DNA of 64,000 bases, taken from contig OZ241826.1 of NCBI GenBank assembly GCA_965202585.1, forward strand, positions 29,388,001-29,452,000, read 5' to 3'. Position numbers and translations under genes: made by a program. Below are positions 1-16,534 of this stretch, in pieces (position 1 is the first letter of the stretch; the number at the start of each line of letters is the position of its first letter). The notes under the pieces were generated by a model. The model worked only from the letters and a program-made list of their open reading frames with translations. It was not told where the DNA came from and ran no database searches. The stretch comes from Thalia democratica (lineage: Eukaryota).

Positions 1-94
1 ATGTTATAAATTGAATTTTTTAAATCTAAAACTTAGTTAGGCAGTTTGTTTTTTAATATATTACTTAAGATTAGTTCTACATTCTAAGTTGAAA

Positions 95-2140
95 TTTGTT
101 TTAAACTATGATAATTGTTTACTATTTAATTTTAGACATTGAAAACTTATATATCATCATAATTTTCTTTGAACTTTTCTAGAAAATTAAAATTCTAATT
201 CCTTTCCTTTTTAATATTTTTTGTTTATTGAGTAAATTAATTTTAACTTTTTATTTATAAAAGTAGAAAATCTTTATAAAAGTAATAATGATATTAGTTT
301 TAGTATTAATATAAGTTTTGTAATATTTTTATTTTTAAGTTTTATGAAGTTTTAGAAAAATCTTAAAATGTCACAATATTAATATCAAGGTCACTATTAA
401 GGGAACTAAAATTACCCGGTAATCTAATTTAATGTTAGCAAATTGATTTACAATAATGAATAAACTCAATTTTTAGGGTTTTAATTAAGTTTAGTTTAAA
501 TATAGCTTATGATATTCAAAATTGATTTCCTGGAGTCTACCATTGATAATAATATAAAAAAGTTTCACTAAATAAATTTTTCAATCAAACACTACAATTA
601 TGAATAAATAACATATTGGTATAATTTGATGAACTTTTGAACAATGAATATTGATATAAATATATGATATGAAAGTTTAATGGCAATACAATGAAATCAA
701 ATATAGTTAGTAGAGCATCAATCAAAGACATTGAAATAGAATTTAAAATTTAATACTCAGGGTAGTTTAATAATTTTTAAATCTGAAGCTAGATAATTTA
801 CATTCAGGATGACTCATGCCAGTAAAGGAGTATTAAAAATAATTAAGTTATTTTAAGAATTTTAACAGTTTCTAGTCATAATTGTCAAAATCATTAATGA
901 AATATTGTTGTTTTATATTCAAAAGTATAATAATTTAAAGACTAACTAGTTACATAACTTCATTTTTATTGGAAAACGTATAATTATGTAAGGATTTAGA
1001 AAATAAAGGAAAACTCGGAACAATAAAATGTTACTTAGGACAGATTTAAGCAAGATCCACACATTCTGGATACTCAGGACAGTTTTAACTTTTCGGAAAT
1101 TTCAGGACCACATAGTTTAAAAACTTAGCCTCGTGGGAAAATTTATACGAATTCCGGATAACATAGGTCAGTTTGATTGTGTTAAAAAAGCTCCAAATAT
1201 TCTAGTTATTTTTGAAAAATTTAAGCTAGTTTATTAAATCTTAAATAAGAATTATTTGTAACAGATAGTTTAATTTAAAAAAAATTGATATTTTTATCAA
1301 TTGTGTTCAACAATTCGCTAGTTTTTGAAATACGTTTTAAATTCAAAGTTAATTGTAAAATCATAATGTATATTTTTTAAACTAATAAGTAATGGTCGAA
1401 TTATTGAGTGACGATTTTCTCATAGAAGTTTGGCAACTATGGTATTTAAAGAGTGTTTTAAAAATACAAATATACATCACAATTGTGGTGTTATGCTGAT
1501 TTTATGAACAGTGAATATTAAAAAAAAACAACATATAAAATCCCGATATTATTCCAGACATATCAGTTGTAGCTGATAGAGCTGAGAAAACATTAAATTA
1601 TGGTTAAGATACATTTAAGATATAAGTTAAAATATGAAAATCTCAAATTTAATTAGACAATTCGTTTTAAATATATTACTCAGGATTGGTTTTATAATAT
1701 CAGTAAAAATTTGTTTTAAAGCTATGATAATATTTTACTAACTAATTTTAAACATTTAAAATTTATATATTATCACAATCTGCTTATACAAATAAAGTTC
1801 TGATTTAATTCCATTCAAATTTTTTGTTTATTGACAATAATATTTTAAACATTTTATTTATAAAAGAGGAAAATCGAAACAAAAATAATAATGACACAAA
1901 CTTTAGAATTAACATAAACTTTGAAACAATTATACTTTTAGTTAAATGAAGTTTTAAACTAGTCTTGAAATTTTACAATAATAAAATTATGGTCATTTTA
2001 AAGAGAACTAAGTTTACTAGGAAATGTATTTCAATATAACCAACTTAGTTTAAATTAATTAATAAACTTTTAGGATTTTTAATTAGTTTACCTTGAATGT
2101 AGCTTATAATTTTTAACGTTTAATTCCTGAAGTCTACCAT
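95..2140. repeat. Degenerate direct duplication of non-coding AT-rich DNA (about 95-545 and about 1710-2140)
   Basis: Collinear shared words about 1.6 kb apart, e.g. CTATGATAAT, TTTTTTGTTTATTGA, TTTATAAAAG, GAACTAA and TAGCTTAT...TTCCTG(G/A)AGTCTACCAT. Boundaries are approximate. Confidence 0.6.
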
Positions 2141-2928
2141 AAAACATATTTTAAAAATAGAGTTTTGAATAGACACAAAAACGTGTAGTTTCCAAAACCT
2201 TGAAGAAATTATTCAAAAACTATTTTCAAACCTGTGTTCAGTGAACTACATATTTTAAGCATGTTTAATTTTGAAGTTATGGCATTCCTTATTACTCGTT
2301 ATGGCGCTTTAAATTTCTGATGTTTTCCTATAATATCTTGTATAAGTTCATAGTGTAAACTTTAAATTATGGTTCCCTGTCACCCTGTTCATGCATCCCT
2401 CCCTTTTGCCCCTTTTTTACTTTTTGCTCGCTCCATGAAATTCTTCAAAAACCCATTTTTGGAAATCTTAGTTTAATGTTTTTACACACTTATTTATATT
2501 CTTAGAGTTTTTTATATACAGTTAAAAGTAAATTTTTATTATGTTCTGCTGTTTATAATGTGCTAGCACAACTATGCACAATTAGTAATTTATAGACAAA
2601 CCGCTGTATAAAAATTTAAGGTAAATCAACTGGTTTAGTACTTCTAAGTGAAAAAAAAATCACTAGTTTATAATAGGTTATTTTTATAAAACTCCATCTA
2701 GTTTTTGGTCAATCTGGTAAGTTAGTTTTTATTTTATTATATAATGGTACCAAATAAACCAGTTTTTTATGAGTTAATAATTAAACTGTGATAATAATTA
2801 AAACCACGCCATGTTAGGTAAAATCTTTAGATACTAGAGTCTTGAAAATTTATGATTTAAGATTTATTTGATAATGTTACAAGTTTTTTTGATTAAGTTG
2901 TGTTATTTTCAGAAAAATAAGCTTAAAA

Positions 2929-5152
<2,224 letters not shown>

Positions 5153-5530
5153 CTACAGTTTAAAAACAGTGACTAAGTTTTTTAAAATAAGTATTCAAGT
5201 GTAATAGCAAAAAGTACGTAAAAATACTTGACTAGATGCAATAGCTAATATTACTGTTTGCTTATAATGGCTTCATTATTATCTTACAGTTTTTAAATAA
5301 AGTATTAGTGTTCTGCTTTCTACGAGTGTAATGAAGTATTTTTTAAGTTTTAAAAGTATTTTGTTTACATAATAAAAATTCGCCAACACTAAAGTTATAT
5401 ACACTTTAATGGACTTAGAATTTATTTACAAGTATTTTCTATGTAAATTTTTTTCATTTATATTTTTTAGCATAATAAACTTGAGTTAGTTACTAGTAGT
5501 GTTGTACTTTTGTAACCATTAAATTTTATC

Positions 5531-6105
5531 ACATGCGGCCTGATCCGGAGACTATTATTATTTATTTAAATGTTTTTGTGCACACTTAAATATAAAAGAT
5601 AGTTTTAAAATATCTTTATGAAAAACTTAAATATAAATTATCTATTTAAATAAATACCTAAAGTATAAAAAAATGAGAGCATAGTTGATAACTATGCATT
5701 ACTTATGTGCACAAAGGAAAACAAATGCAAATATTTTAATTACTTAATAAGTTTTATATAAATGACTTACTGAATTAAGCACTTTTTTAAATCATAAGTT
5801 GCTTTTGTAAGAATAAAGTTATTACGAAACTAAGAAAATAAAGCAAAGCTCGAATTATAATCTGTATTTTTTACATTTTAAAGTGTTAGCAATAAATTCT
5901 TTTAATGTTTAAAAATGTTATACAGCGGATTAGAACCAATTTAAACAAGATAAACCAATTTATTACAAATATTTTTACTTATAATATGTTTATGCTAAGC
6001 GGGCAACATTTACATGCTCGCTAGACGCAGAATTTTCTTTCGCGGGCCACAGACAATTTAAGAAAAGAAAACGTGCAAGCGAGCCGAAGTTTGACAACTC
6101 CTGGT
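5531..6105. mobile_element. Probable non-autonomous hAT remnant (only one terminus recognisable)
   Basis: Ends in GTTTGACAACTCCTG, a hAT-like terminus. GCGGGCCA/GCGAGCCG/ATGCGGCC subterminal-type words are present. No matching left TIR or TSD was found. Confidence 0.3.
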
Positions 6106-8512
6106 TTGAACAAACACCTAAACTTATCACATACCCTAATTTCATAATAATTTGAATCTTTTTTACTATTTAAAACAATATTAAGATACTTAAACTTTTG
6201 TCATAAAGTATAAGCTTTTTTGATTTTTAAGTTGTTAAACCCACATGATATAAAACAATAAAACTTATTTTAATCATAAATAATTTTTCAATTAGTTTTC
6301 AACAAAGCTTAAAATCTAGTGCTTGATTTAAAACACACTATAACTTCAAAAAAAATTCAAAAAATTGTTTTAGAAAACAGAATATAACTATATTTACTAA
6401 TAGCTAGTATTAATAAAAAACAATAAAATTGCACACTTTAAATCGAAATGTCTGGTGTTGTTGTTGAACTATTTAGTTAAAGCTTTTTCACTGCCGAAAA
6501 TTTTTTAAAGTTAACAGTTAGTTTTTACTCGTTTAAGGTCTCTGCACTTTATGAAGTATACAAACTACAAAAAAAGTGGTTCAATATTATTCAATAAAAA
6601 ACGGTGCACTCAAAATAACTAAACGAAAAAAAAACATCATTAATATACATTCATTTGAAATTGGTAATAATGGCTAAAATTGAATGGGCTTATTAAAATT
6701 ATCCTTAGGCTCAATAAAATTTATTACAACAACTTTTGACGATTTGAATAAGTACTAAAAAACTAAATTTAAATGATAATTTTTGTTAATGTTATTTTTT
6801 TATCAGTTAATTTCGTAAGACTTAAATTTTATGTGGACCTTAATATAACTAAATTCTCTTGTAAAAACAACCAACAAGATATAAAAATTTGATAAAACTA
6901 GTAAAAACAACAAAATTTAAATTAAACTTCTTCTAATTTTTTATGATTTGTGCATATAAGACTAGAAATTTGATATATTTAATTGTAACGTTGTATTTTA
7001 AACTTTATATTAAGGTCAAGATCAGTGGCGACGCCTGAGGAAGGACACTGAAGCATGCGTTTCTCCTGAAAAATATTTTAAAAAATTCAAGTTTATCAGC
7101 TTTATCTTTTAAAAAATTAATTTCCCTAAGTAACTTAATTTATTAATTTTGTTTATCTAGTAATCGACAAATCATTAAATATAGATTTATAGAGTTAAGT
7201 TCTATTTTGTATAAGTAGTCATTACAAGAGCCATTTTTTAAACACTTTAGAACACTTATTATTTTAATAGTAATATTTTGATGATGACTAAAGATAGTTA
7301 AAAGCAATTCGGTCCACGACAAACTTTTTCTAGGATAAGTAATTTAATACTTTCAAAGGCTGCAAATCAATGTATCAAAATTTTTATATTTAAAAAAAAA
7401 AGTAATTTATAAAATGTAGCATACAAACTATGAGAATTGTAAAACACTTTGGAAATAATTTATTTTTGTTGGGTTTTATAGTTCTTCAAACTTTTATTAA
7501 AATTAAAAAGTTAATAGTTATGGTAAACCTGAGACTGTATAATTATAAGTTTTTTCATGTATCTAGCTAGTATAAAATATATCAAAGCCATTAGAAAAAA
7601 CAACCTTAAATTAAACTTTTTCTATTTTATTGTAAGTAAAATTGTAAAGACTTTAATTCAGGTTTTTAAGATTTACTGACATTGGTACTTTGTAAAACTT
7701 TTTTGTAAGTTGATGAATAGATATTCGCATATTGTTTAGTACAGTGGTCGTCAAGGTGTACACTGGTGCACAACACTAGTGTACACGAAACTTTTTTTGG
7801 GATGCATGAAGTTTGTAGGGTACACGAAACTCATTAAGGGGTGCACGAATATTTGAAATTACAAAAAAACATTTGTTAGATTAAGTATGTAGTTAGTGTT
7901 TAATAAAGTATTTAAAGAATACTGATCTGGGGATTTTGAAGTAATTGCGGAGAAGTGTTCAATTAATAAGTATATAAGACAAAGCCATATATCTAAAATA
8001 TCATTGTAAAAATAAAATTTACAAAAAAGATGTCAAATAAAAAGAGGATCAAATAAAAAGTTTCAGCTTCAGTTTTTAAATGGTTTGAATCAAGGGAGTG
8101 TCTAGACATTTGTCAAGGGGGTTCACAATTTTTTTTCTTTATTTGCCACTTAAGTACGCATTTCTTAGGTATGAACTGCCAATTAAGTACGCATTGTGCA
8201 TACTAGCAAAAAAAACTCTGTGTTTAAAATTACTTTTTCTGCTTGGAAAAAAAAAACATATAAGTATTAATAGATTTTTTTTGTTGGTTATACTGTATTA
8301 AATTTAGATACATAAAAACTAAAGGAACCAAAAAAAAATTATTAACTTACAAATTTTATATCAAAACTCAAGTCTGTTATTTAAAACAAATACATTACAA
8401 TAACTTGAAAAGATAGTCAAATCTAATTTACATAAAGAACTAGTTGTAATTGTAAAATAAGTATATTATTCAATTTACACAGATAAATAGTAAACAAACA
8501 TAATCTTTAGAA

Positions 8513-10606
8513 TAGTGCTTCTGAAACCCTAGGGTTCCGCGAAACCTTTCGAATTTTAAAAAAGAAATTTTAAAGAAAAAAAAAAGTCAAATTCTAAAAC
8601 TTCAAAAAAAAGGAAAACATATATAATTATAGCATTCATTAATCTGCTTAGTGTGTATCTAGGACTTTTAATTGGTATTCATTATTAATAGGTGTCCTGG
8701 TTTCACAAATTTTTTGAATTTCTATTTTTAGTGAAGTCATGAAAATACCCTTCCTTTCACTATTGATCTGTGCAAGGAGGTTGCATCAAAAGCAGTTGTT
8801 AAAAAATTTAAAAAAATACTCTGTCTATTGACACCATCCAATCGAGGGTCATGGAGATGGTTAGTGATGCAGAGGATCAACTACTGGAGAAATTAAAAGC
8901 CAGTCTATTTTATGTTGTGCAACTAGACAAGTCCACTGACGTAAGCGGCAAAGCCTTGTTACTTGTTTTTGTTAGGTATTGTGGGTAGGAAGGATCCAAC
9001 AAAGACACATTGTTTTGTGGATAATTACCCTCAAAAACAACTTCTGTTGAAGTAATGAAATGTGTCTAAAATTATTTCATAAGCAAGGGTTTAGAGTGGA
9101 ATAAATGTATCGTCATTTGTACTGACGGTGCAGCGTCTATGACTGGGTACAAAAATGGTGTAGTGAGGAAAATGAAGGATAAAGCAGTTGAAGCTAAATA
9201 GATACATTGTTTTCTACATAAAGAACATTTCGCAACAAAACATCTTCCTTTATGTTTCAAAGAAGTTTTCTCAGCGTCGATTAAAACTGTTAATTATATA
9301 AAGAAAAGTGACACAAAGGTCAGATGTTTCAAAGATCTATGTGAAAGTTTAGATGCTGACCATCTGCGACTTCTTTATCACAACGAAGTTTGCTGGCTGT
9401 CGAAGGGGAGGACACTGGTTCGTCTCATTGAATTAAAGAAGCAGGTCTTCACCTTTCTTAAAGATGCAGGCTCAGAATTAGTGAACTTCTTTGAAGATGA
9501 TATTTTTTTGGTTAGGCTAGCTTATCTCACCGATATTTTTGAAGAATTGAACGCTTTGAACTTAAACATGCAAGGGAAGAAAAATTCAATTTTTGTTATG
9601 ACAGAAAAGATTGAGGCGTTTTAATTAAAATTAACTTTTGGAAGAATAAGGTTAGCAATGGTAATTTTGCGATGTTTCACCGGTTCGATAAGGCCCATTA
9701 AAAATGCATAGAATTCAACTTCTCTGACGAAATATACAACCACCTTGATCTTTTGTCTATAAAGTTTCAACATTATTTTCCTGAAGATGTTCGCATCGGA
9801 AATTTATGGAAATTTATGGATCCTTTTATGTGTGACATTGCTTCAGAAGAAGTGAATCTTCCTACACATACAGAAAACGAATTGCTGCAACTATCTGAAG
9901 ATAGCAATTCAAAATTGAGTTTCAAAGGGAATAAGTTTTTAGATTTTTGGATATGTGCAATTTCAGAGTACCCTGTCTTAGCAAAGCGTGCAGTAAAATT
10001 TCTTTTACCTATCACCACTACTTATCTTTGCGAGTCCGGCTTTTCGCATGTAACAATCATTAAAACAAAGCAAAGGAACTGTATGCTGACTCTAACCTTA
10101 TCTGCCTGACTCCGTCTCAGTCTATCCAAAATCTAGCCGCGCATTGACATGCTTGTTGCTAAGAGACAAGTCCAAGTTTCGCACTAAATGTTTTTTATTT
10201 GTTTTTCGTTTGGCATCTTACCCGTTTATTACAGTAATCTGTGAATTCGATTAGGTTCATGTATATTTCGTTATTGTTTGTAGCTCTCATTTTGAATTTA
10301 TTATGCAAGGAAAGATTTTATGACGTTGCAATTAATCATGTTTGTTTTTGTTTATTCATTATAAAATCAAAAATACCTATTGCCTCTGGCGCACTTTGAG
10401 TTTGATTCGACTTAATACTATCACAATAGTTATGATTTCTAACAATACTATAGTTTTGCTAAAAAACTCATTTTTGACTAAAACTATTTTGTTTTTTGCA
10501 GGAAATATTATATTAAACATTTTCTGTGAAATTAAATTAGGGGTTCCGCGGAAAAGTTGAACTTTTAAAAAGGGTTCCGCCACTAGAAAAAGGTTCAGAA
10601 GCACTG
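8513..10606 (+). mobile_element. hAT (Buster/Charlie-type) DNA transposon, defective
   Basis: Perfect 8-bp TSD CTTTAGAA (8505-8512 and 10607-10614). TIRs TAGTGCTTCTGAAACC and GGTTCAGAAGCACTG. GGGTTCCGC subterminal repeats and internal transposase remnants are present. Confidence 0.93.
8745..10187 (+). pseudogene. Buster/ZBED5-like hAT transposase pseudogene (stops, frameshifts, 5' part missing)
   Basis: Motifs LSIDTI..R, QLDKSTDVSG..LLVFVRY, CTDGAASMTG, IHCFLH, HNEVCWLSKG, and the hATC dimerisation motif LAKRAVKFLLPITTTYLCESGFS (ORF 9753-10109). Confidence 0.9.
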
Positions 10607-13600
10607 CTTTAGAATATCTTACTTTTTTCTGTAAATAATAATTTTTATAAAGTTTCTTTTAGTTAAACTACAATACTTTTAACATACTGTATTATCTGTA
10701 TAAATATAAAAACCTCAAACAAAAAACCTTACAACTAAACTTATTATATTAACCTAGTTGTTTTCATATAGTAAATGCTTGTTTCAAAATTAAAATAAAA
10801 CAGCTACTTAAATAGTTAAAACCTCAGCAATAAAACCAACTGACCAACTTTTTGACCAAGTACTTTGACCTTTAAAAGAAGACATGGGAAGCAAAAAAGA
10901 TTTTTTGATAGGGCAAGCTGTTAATCAGTTTTTTCTCTCATAACAACTGTTGTTGAATTTTTTTACCTTGAGTTTTTCACTAGGTTAATTTATTCAATTT
11001 CATATTGAAAAATTTTGTTCCTGATTTAACTGAATATTCCATTCTAAAGTCCATTCCAAAGAAGTTAAATCATACTTAACTGTGCACTATATATATATAT
11101 AAGTTATTTATATCAGAGAAAAATTTCAATTATAAATAGTCTGATATTCTATTTTATATATATTTATATGAGATATCCTAAAATTTTTTTTGAAGTTTTA
11201 GTATGAATCATGACAGTTACAATAATATAATTTAGTAAAAAAAAGGTTATTTTCATAGATAATTAAATTTTTTTTTACTAAACTTTACAAGTCAATTAGT
11301 TGAAACCTTGAATTAAACCACAAATTTTATAAAAAAGTTATTGTTTTACATTTAATCATTTAAAAAAAAAAATCTATTATAGCAAAATTAATAAATTATA
11401 ACTTCCCACTATTTTGTATAACTTTGTTGTTATATTACACTTTTTTATTTATAAATTAATGAAATGTTTTTACTTTAGTGTTAAATCATACTTAAAAATG
11501 TTATAAAAATATATTTTAAATATTTCTAAAAATCAAGAATTAACTATGTGGCCAACAGATATGCAAAAATAAAGTAACTTGAATAATAATTTTAAGATAC
11601 CATTAAATGATAAAAGAATAAATTGTCAGTTGGTGTAGTGGTCAAAAGATGATTTTAAAAACTCTCTAAAATGAACTTTTCAAGGTTTAAAAATTCACAC
11701 AACATTATAAATCAACTTAATAAAATAAAACTTAAGTAATTAAATTTGATATTTTTAAGAAAAATTGTAATTACTTGTTGAAAACCAATACTTAATAAAA
11801 AGTTATTTACTCTAATTAACAATTCATAATGGGTACTAAGAGCATCTTAAAAAAAGTTTTCTAGAAAAAAATGCTACTTTAAAACTTTTACCTATTATCA
11901 CGTCACAATTAAAATTGTATTCAAAATCTATTTCAGCTGGGCAAAAACGATCATTTTTCGTTAAGGAAACTTTTATAATCTTTCAATGTTATAAATTTAA
12001 CATTCATTATTAAAAGTTTATCAAGTAACCAAAATATTCCATGTTTCTTTTCTTTTTTTTTCAGGTGTTAACAGGAAACCAGTCGAAAAACGCTCCTAGT
12101 TTGCATGTAAATACAAACTGAGTTATGACTTGTAAGGAGAAATGAACTAAAAAGTGTTTACGAAGTCCAACCACTAGCGGCGCTTATCAAAACAAAATTT
12201 TGGGTTGCACTGATTTTTTTATAGCAGATTGATGTACACAGAATTTTATTAGCTTGACGACCACTAGTATATTATAAGGAAAATACTTTTGACTACATTT
12301 TTAATAGAATATACAAAATAGTAAGGCTAAAGTTCTTAAAGTTAATAAAATCTTTTAACATAAAAAATATGCCTATTAAATAATTTTGTAAAATGATTTT
12401 TTCTATAAACGGCTTGTACATTGCAAATGTAAAATTTGATTATGATAAACGACAATTTCGTTTTACTATATCAAAAAATTCATTTCCAATTAGTAACTAA
12501 TCCTATACATATAAGTTATTTATCATTTATTATCATAACTTTTTACTTCTAAAATTTTTGAACTTTTTAAACCATTTAATACATATGTAGGTAAATTGAT
12601 TTATATAATGTTATGCAAATTTTTTTTACAGATTTGTAAAAGTATACACATCCATTTTGTTTCTAGTTACAGGAAATAACTACTTAGACTTATTATAACC
12701 TAGAAACATAACTTACGCTTATAGTATAAGAATTATATAGTGTATAATTACTAAAATATAATTGAAGTAGTCACCTAATAAATTCTAAATACAAAATCTC
12801 TTATCATTAGTAAATTAACTTTAGTAGAATATATTTTAACTTCAACAAACAAAAACAATAGTACATCATTTATTAAGAAATGGTAAACTAATTTAATTTT
12901 TAAACTATAGTTAAACATTTCAATAAAATAATTTAGTGAAAAAGCTTCTTGTTATAATAGATTTTCATTGTTGTGTTAAAAAAAAAATACTTAATAAATT
13001 CAAATAAACAAAACAAAATTTATTTTAATCTTTAAAAACAAGTAATTGTCAATATAAATATTTAAAAGGTAACTTTTTAATATTTATTAAGGATTGTTTA
13101 AAAACTCATGCAGTTTCCTTCGTTTTAAAAAATTAATTAATTTTTATTTTTAATCAATGATTATAAAATATTTTTTTGTTTACAGTATATTAGAGTTGTT
13201 AAAACATTTTTTACACAGTGAAATTTTATGTTAAAAATATAATATTAGAATTTGTAAACACAAGTGATAACTATATTTAAGAGTTAATACCAAAAAGTTG
13301 CCTTATCAAAAATCCTATTAAAAACACTTTATTGAAATGTTTTTAAAAAGTTAGTACACTTGAACTAAAATACCAAAATACCAGCTTTTATAAATAGTTC
13401 TAAAAGTGATAAGTTGTTCTAGAATTTATTTAGTTTTAACCAAACTTTAACAAAGCTTTCAGAAGCGCACATAAATGAGCTTTGTACTAAAGATTTTAAA
13501 AAGTTTGTTATTATATGTAAATTGTAATTAATAATCTGAACTAACTTTCCTGTACAACGCGTTCAAAGTTATCTAAAGAGTGACTCACTCGTTAGCCCAA

Positions 13601-13819
13601 AAATTTTTCGCCCTGGATCATTTTTTTTAGCGTTTTTATGTGGTTCAACCATTAATACAATAAGGTAAAAAGTATGTTTGTGCAGTAAAAAATTTCAAAA
13701 TATTTTTTTTTTAATTTACTTTAAAATTTCATTATGATATTATATTATTAACTCTAGTACAAACTAAAGTAAAAATCTATAGTTGTTTAAATAAGCAGCT
13801 TAATTTAAGGTTTATTAGG

Positions 13820-14340
13820 ATGCGAGTGCAAATTCATTTAAATGGTGATATAAGTCAAAAATCTTCCTGTCACTGTTTCCCAGTTAAAGCGATTGATCAA
13901 CCGACAAACCGGCATACCAGTCAGAGTTCAGAACTTGTTTGATTATCCTGAATTTCCAGATGAAATACCTGGTTTGCGTTTCTTTGATGACAACCACATC
14001 TTTCATGAGAACATGCAACAAGTTAATTTAGTGCTTAGTCTTGGCAAAGTTTGTTTCTGGGTGTATGCTTATGTGCACTATCCGTGTGGTAACGGTCAAA
14101 CGACGGTTGCAAAGAAAGTTTCACAGGTTTTCGACGATTACTTATGTCAAAAGTCATATTTCGCTTGCTATAGGTTTGCAAGCAAGCGATATTCAACTAT
14201 CTCACAAAGCCAACGGACACCAATTTAACGATAATTCGAACGTCTACCAATGTGGCATTCAGAACGGATCAATTTTGAACGTGTCTGAACCTTTGAACCT
14301 GTCTGAAAAGTACCTCTGTCTTCCGATCAGTAAACAGTGA
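13820..14340 (+). pseudogene. Tandem di-ubiquitin-like protein gene (about 172 aa after correcting two frameshifts near 13860 and 14130)
   Basis: Domain 1: TVSQLKRLINRQTGIPVRVQNL...VNLVLSLG. Domain 2: STITYVKSHISLAIGLQASDIQL...GHQFNDNSNVYQCGIQNGSILNV. Both follow the ubiquitin pattern ([22 protein letters not shown]...[23 protein letters not shown]). A candidate 5'UTR intron lies at 13665-13818 (GT..AG) just before the ATG, TGACTCA at 13581 and AATAAA at 14444. Confidence 0.72.
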
Positions 14341-14677
14341 GGAATGTTTTTTTGTTTTTATATGAGTTGATATGTTCGCAAGAGTGTAGTGTTGATAACA
14401 GTTGTGTTTAGTAATTGATATATGTTTTGTTTTCATTGGTATAAATAAACTGTTCTGTTTTAACGAATTTTTTCATCTTTTTTTTAACCAATGTTTTAGA
14501 ATGACAATTAAATATAAATACAGCTTCTGTTGAAAGTAACAATACCTCACTACTTAACTAAAAAAACGTAAAACATCTTACATAATTTTAACATACTTCA
14601 TTAAAATTACAATACTAGTTATCTTTTGAACTAATATCTTTTTTTAAAAACTAACCTAAAAATAAATAAAATAACTC

Positions 14678-14702
14678 ATATATATATATATATATATATA
14701 TA
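14678..14702. repeat. (TA)n microsatellite; others at about 16193-16210, 17063-17079 and 23057-23080
   Basis: Direct reading of the sequence. Confidence 0.95.
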
Positions 14703-16534
14703 AATATAAATATATATAAAATATTTTCTACAATTATGGTTTTAGTTTTTTGAGGTTTCATTTATATAAGGCGTTAAAATATCAAAACTTATGTCGAAGT
14801 ATTTGTATCTTTTAATTATTTTAACAATGAAGACTCATAACTATCATTTAAAAATAAGTATTTTATGTTTGTAGTATTTTATTTAAGCCTTCAAATAGTA
14901 GAAATTACATTTTCTCGTATGTATCCAACTTAAACCATAATGAACATAAAGTAATGTAAATTGTAACCATAATGTTTATAGTGGAAACATTACGTAAGTT
15001 TCTATGGTTATTAAACATATACTTATAACAAAGTATATTCTATTTTGGCATATTAAAAAAATATCGTATTTTAAAAACAATTATCAGTGTTTACAGGAAA
15101 AAGATTGATTACAGCATAATTTTTTATAAACAACTTGTTTCTAAGTAAATAAATATTTTTTTTTTATAAAATTGAAACATCAAGTTAGGTAGTTTTAACA
15201 AAAAAATGTCTACAATTCTTTATTACTTTTATTACTTATTATCTTTTTGTAGAATAGTTTTCTAAAAATCAAAATAATCACTTTACTACTTAACAAGTTT
15301 TGTTGTTTTTTATAACAAAATACATTTATAATGGTTCGAAATTTTAATAAAATTTGAATAAACCCATTTTGTTTAAAACAAAAAAAAATACTGTTTTTTT
15401 TACGTTTTCTTATTTTCCATTATAATCCAGCAACGTTTGTAGATATATTTTTATTTTTTTACAGTGAAATATAATAACGAAAGGTAAATCTTTTTTTTTT
15501 ATATTAACTAAGTTGCAGATTAGTATTAAAAAAATTGAAGGACTAATTGTTCGTCCAAGTGTGACTTACCAGGCAGTAATTCTTTAGTCGGCTACCTTAT
15601 ATTTAAGTGAATTATCAAATATTTTATACAAGGCAAGTTTAAAATAAATGTTTACCAACAAGTTTTTTTTTAATGTATAGTAAATTATGTTAGTTTAGCT
15701 TTGTATAATCTATATTTTGCTTCGATTTATAATTTTTTCTAATTTAAAACATATTTTTTCTAAAATACTGTAGACTGCTAAAAAAAATCATCAGTAAATT
15801 TTGCCTATACAACATAGAAAACTGCCGACCACTTTTTTAGACTTAACTGTTTTTATCTGTATTTCTTTATGCTTTTAGGAATAGTTTAAATTTTTATGCA
15901 TTTCGTAACCCAGACAAGTGGAATGGTAGTTTCTTTTTTAATTTATCTTTTAAAACATTATTTATTTTATATATATATGTAAGTCTTATTAAATAAAATT
16001 AAAGAAATTTAAATTGTTAGATACTTTTTATTAAACATTGCTAAAAAGCTATTTATATTTAATATATAAATAAATTATCATAGTTAATTGAAAATTAAGC
16101 TTTTTTCTTTACTTTATAAAAAAAATTATTCAACCATTAAAACAAATGATAAAACTGTGAGTTTTCTAATTCTTTAACTGAAGTATTTCGTTTATATATA
16201 TATATATATACAGCATTTTCACACATTCTATGTCCTTTGAAAGAAATTAGCAATGGTCAGCTCAGCCCTTGTTTGCTAGGAAACTACATGCCCTCTGTTT
16301 CACATGGTTTTGTACCCTTGCTTGTGTAACGGTAATAAAAATACGCTTATCTGTTCTACTTGGTCTGCAATTCGTCGGAAAAGTTGTCTAGATGTATTTT
16401 CAGTATAGGAAATGACCTTATCTACTCAAGAAATTAAATTTGCTTCAAACACTTACGAGTATTAACTTTTGTTACTGAAGCAGTCAAAGTGTTTTTCTTT
16501 GGTGTATGCCTGTTTATAGACAAGGGAACAAATT

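Larger units (their letters stand above)
7742..12266. mobile_element. Outer non-autonomous hAT element that hosts a nested hAT insertion
   Basis: 14-bp TIRs CAGTGGTCGTCAAG (7742) and CTTGACGACCACTA (12253-12266) match at 13/14. Flanks GTTTAGTA and GTATATTA match at 6/8 with a central TA. Repeated GT(G/A)CACGAA-like subterminal words lie at 7755-7850. Confidence 0.6.

Noticed and set aside
7023-7075. CAGTGGCG.. start resembling a MITE terminus; similar hAT-like ends at about 26547-26888 and 30885-30921
   Set aside because: No clearly matching partner TIR or TSD was found, so they were left unannotated.
16213-16480. Minus-strand string SYTENTSRQLFRRIADQ resembling a GIY-YIG YIG-T.R.L..R motif
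   Set aside because: The catalytic glycine is absent, there are several stops and the rest is unalignable. It may be a third PLE relic but cannot be supported.
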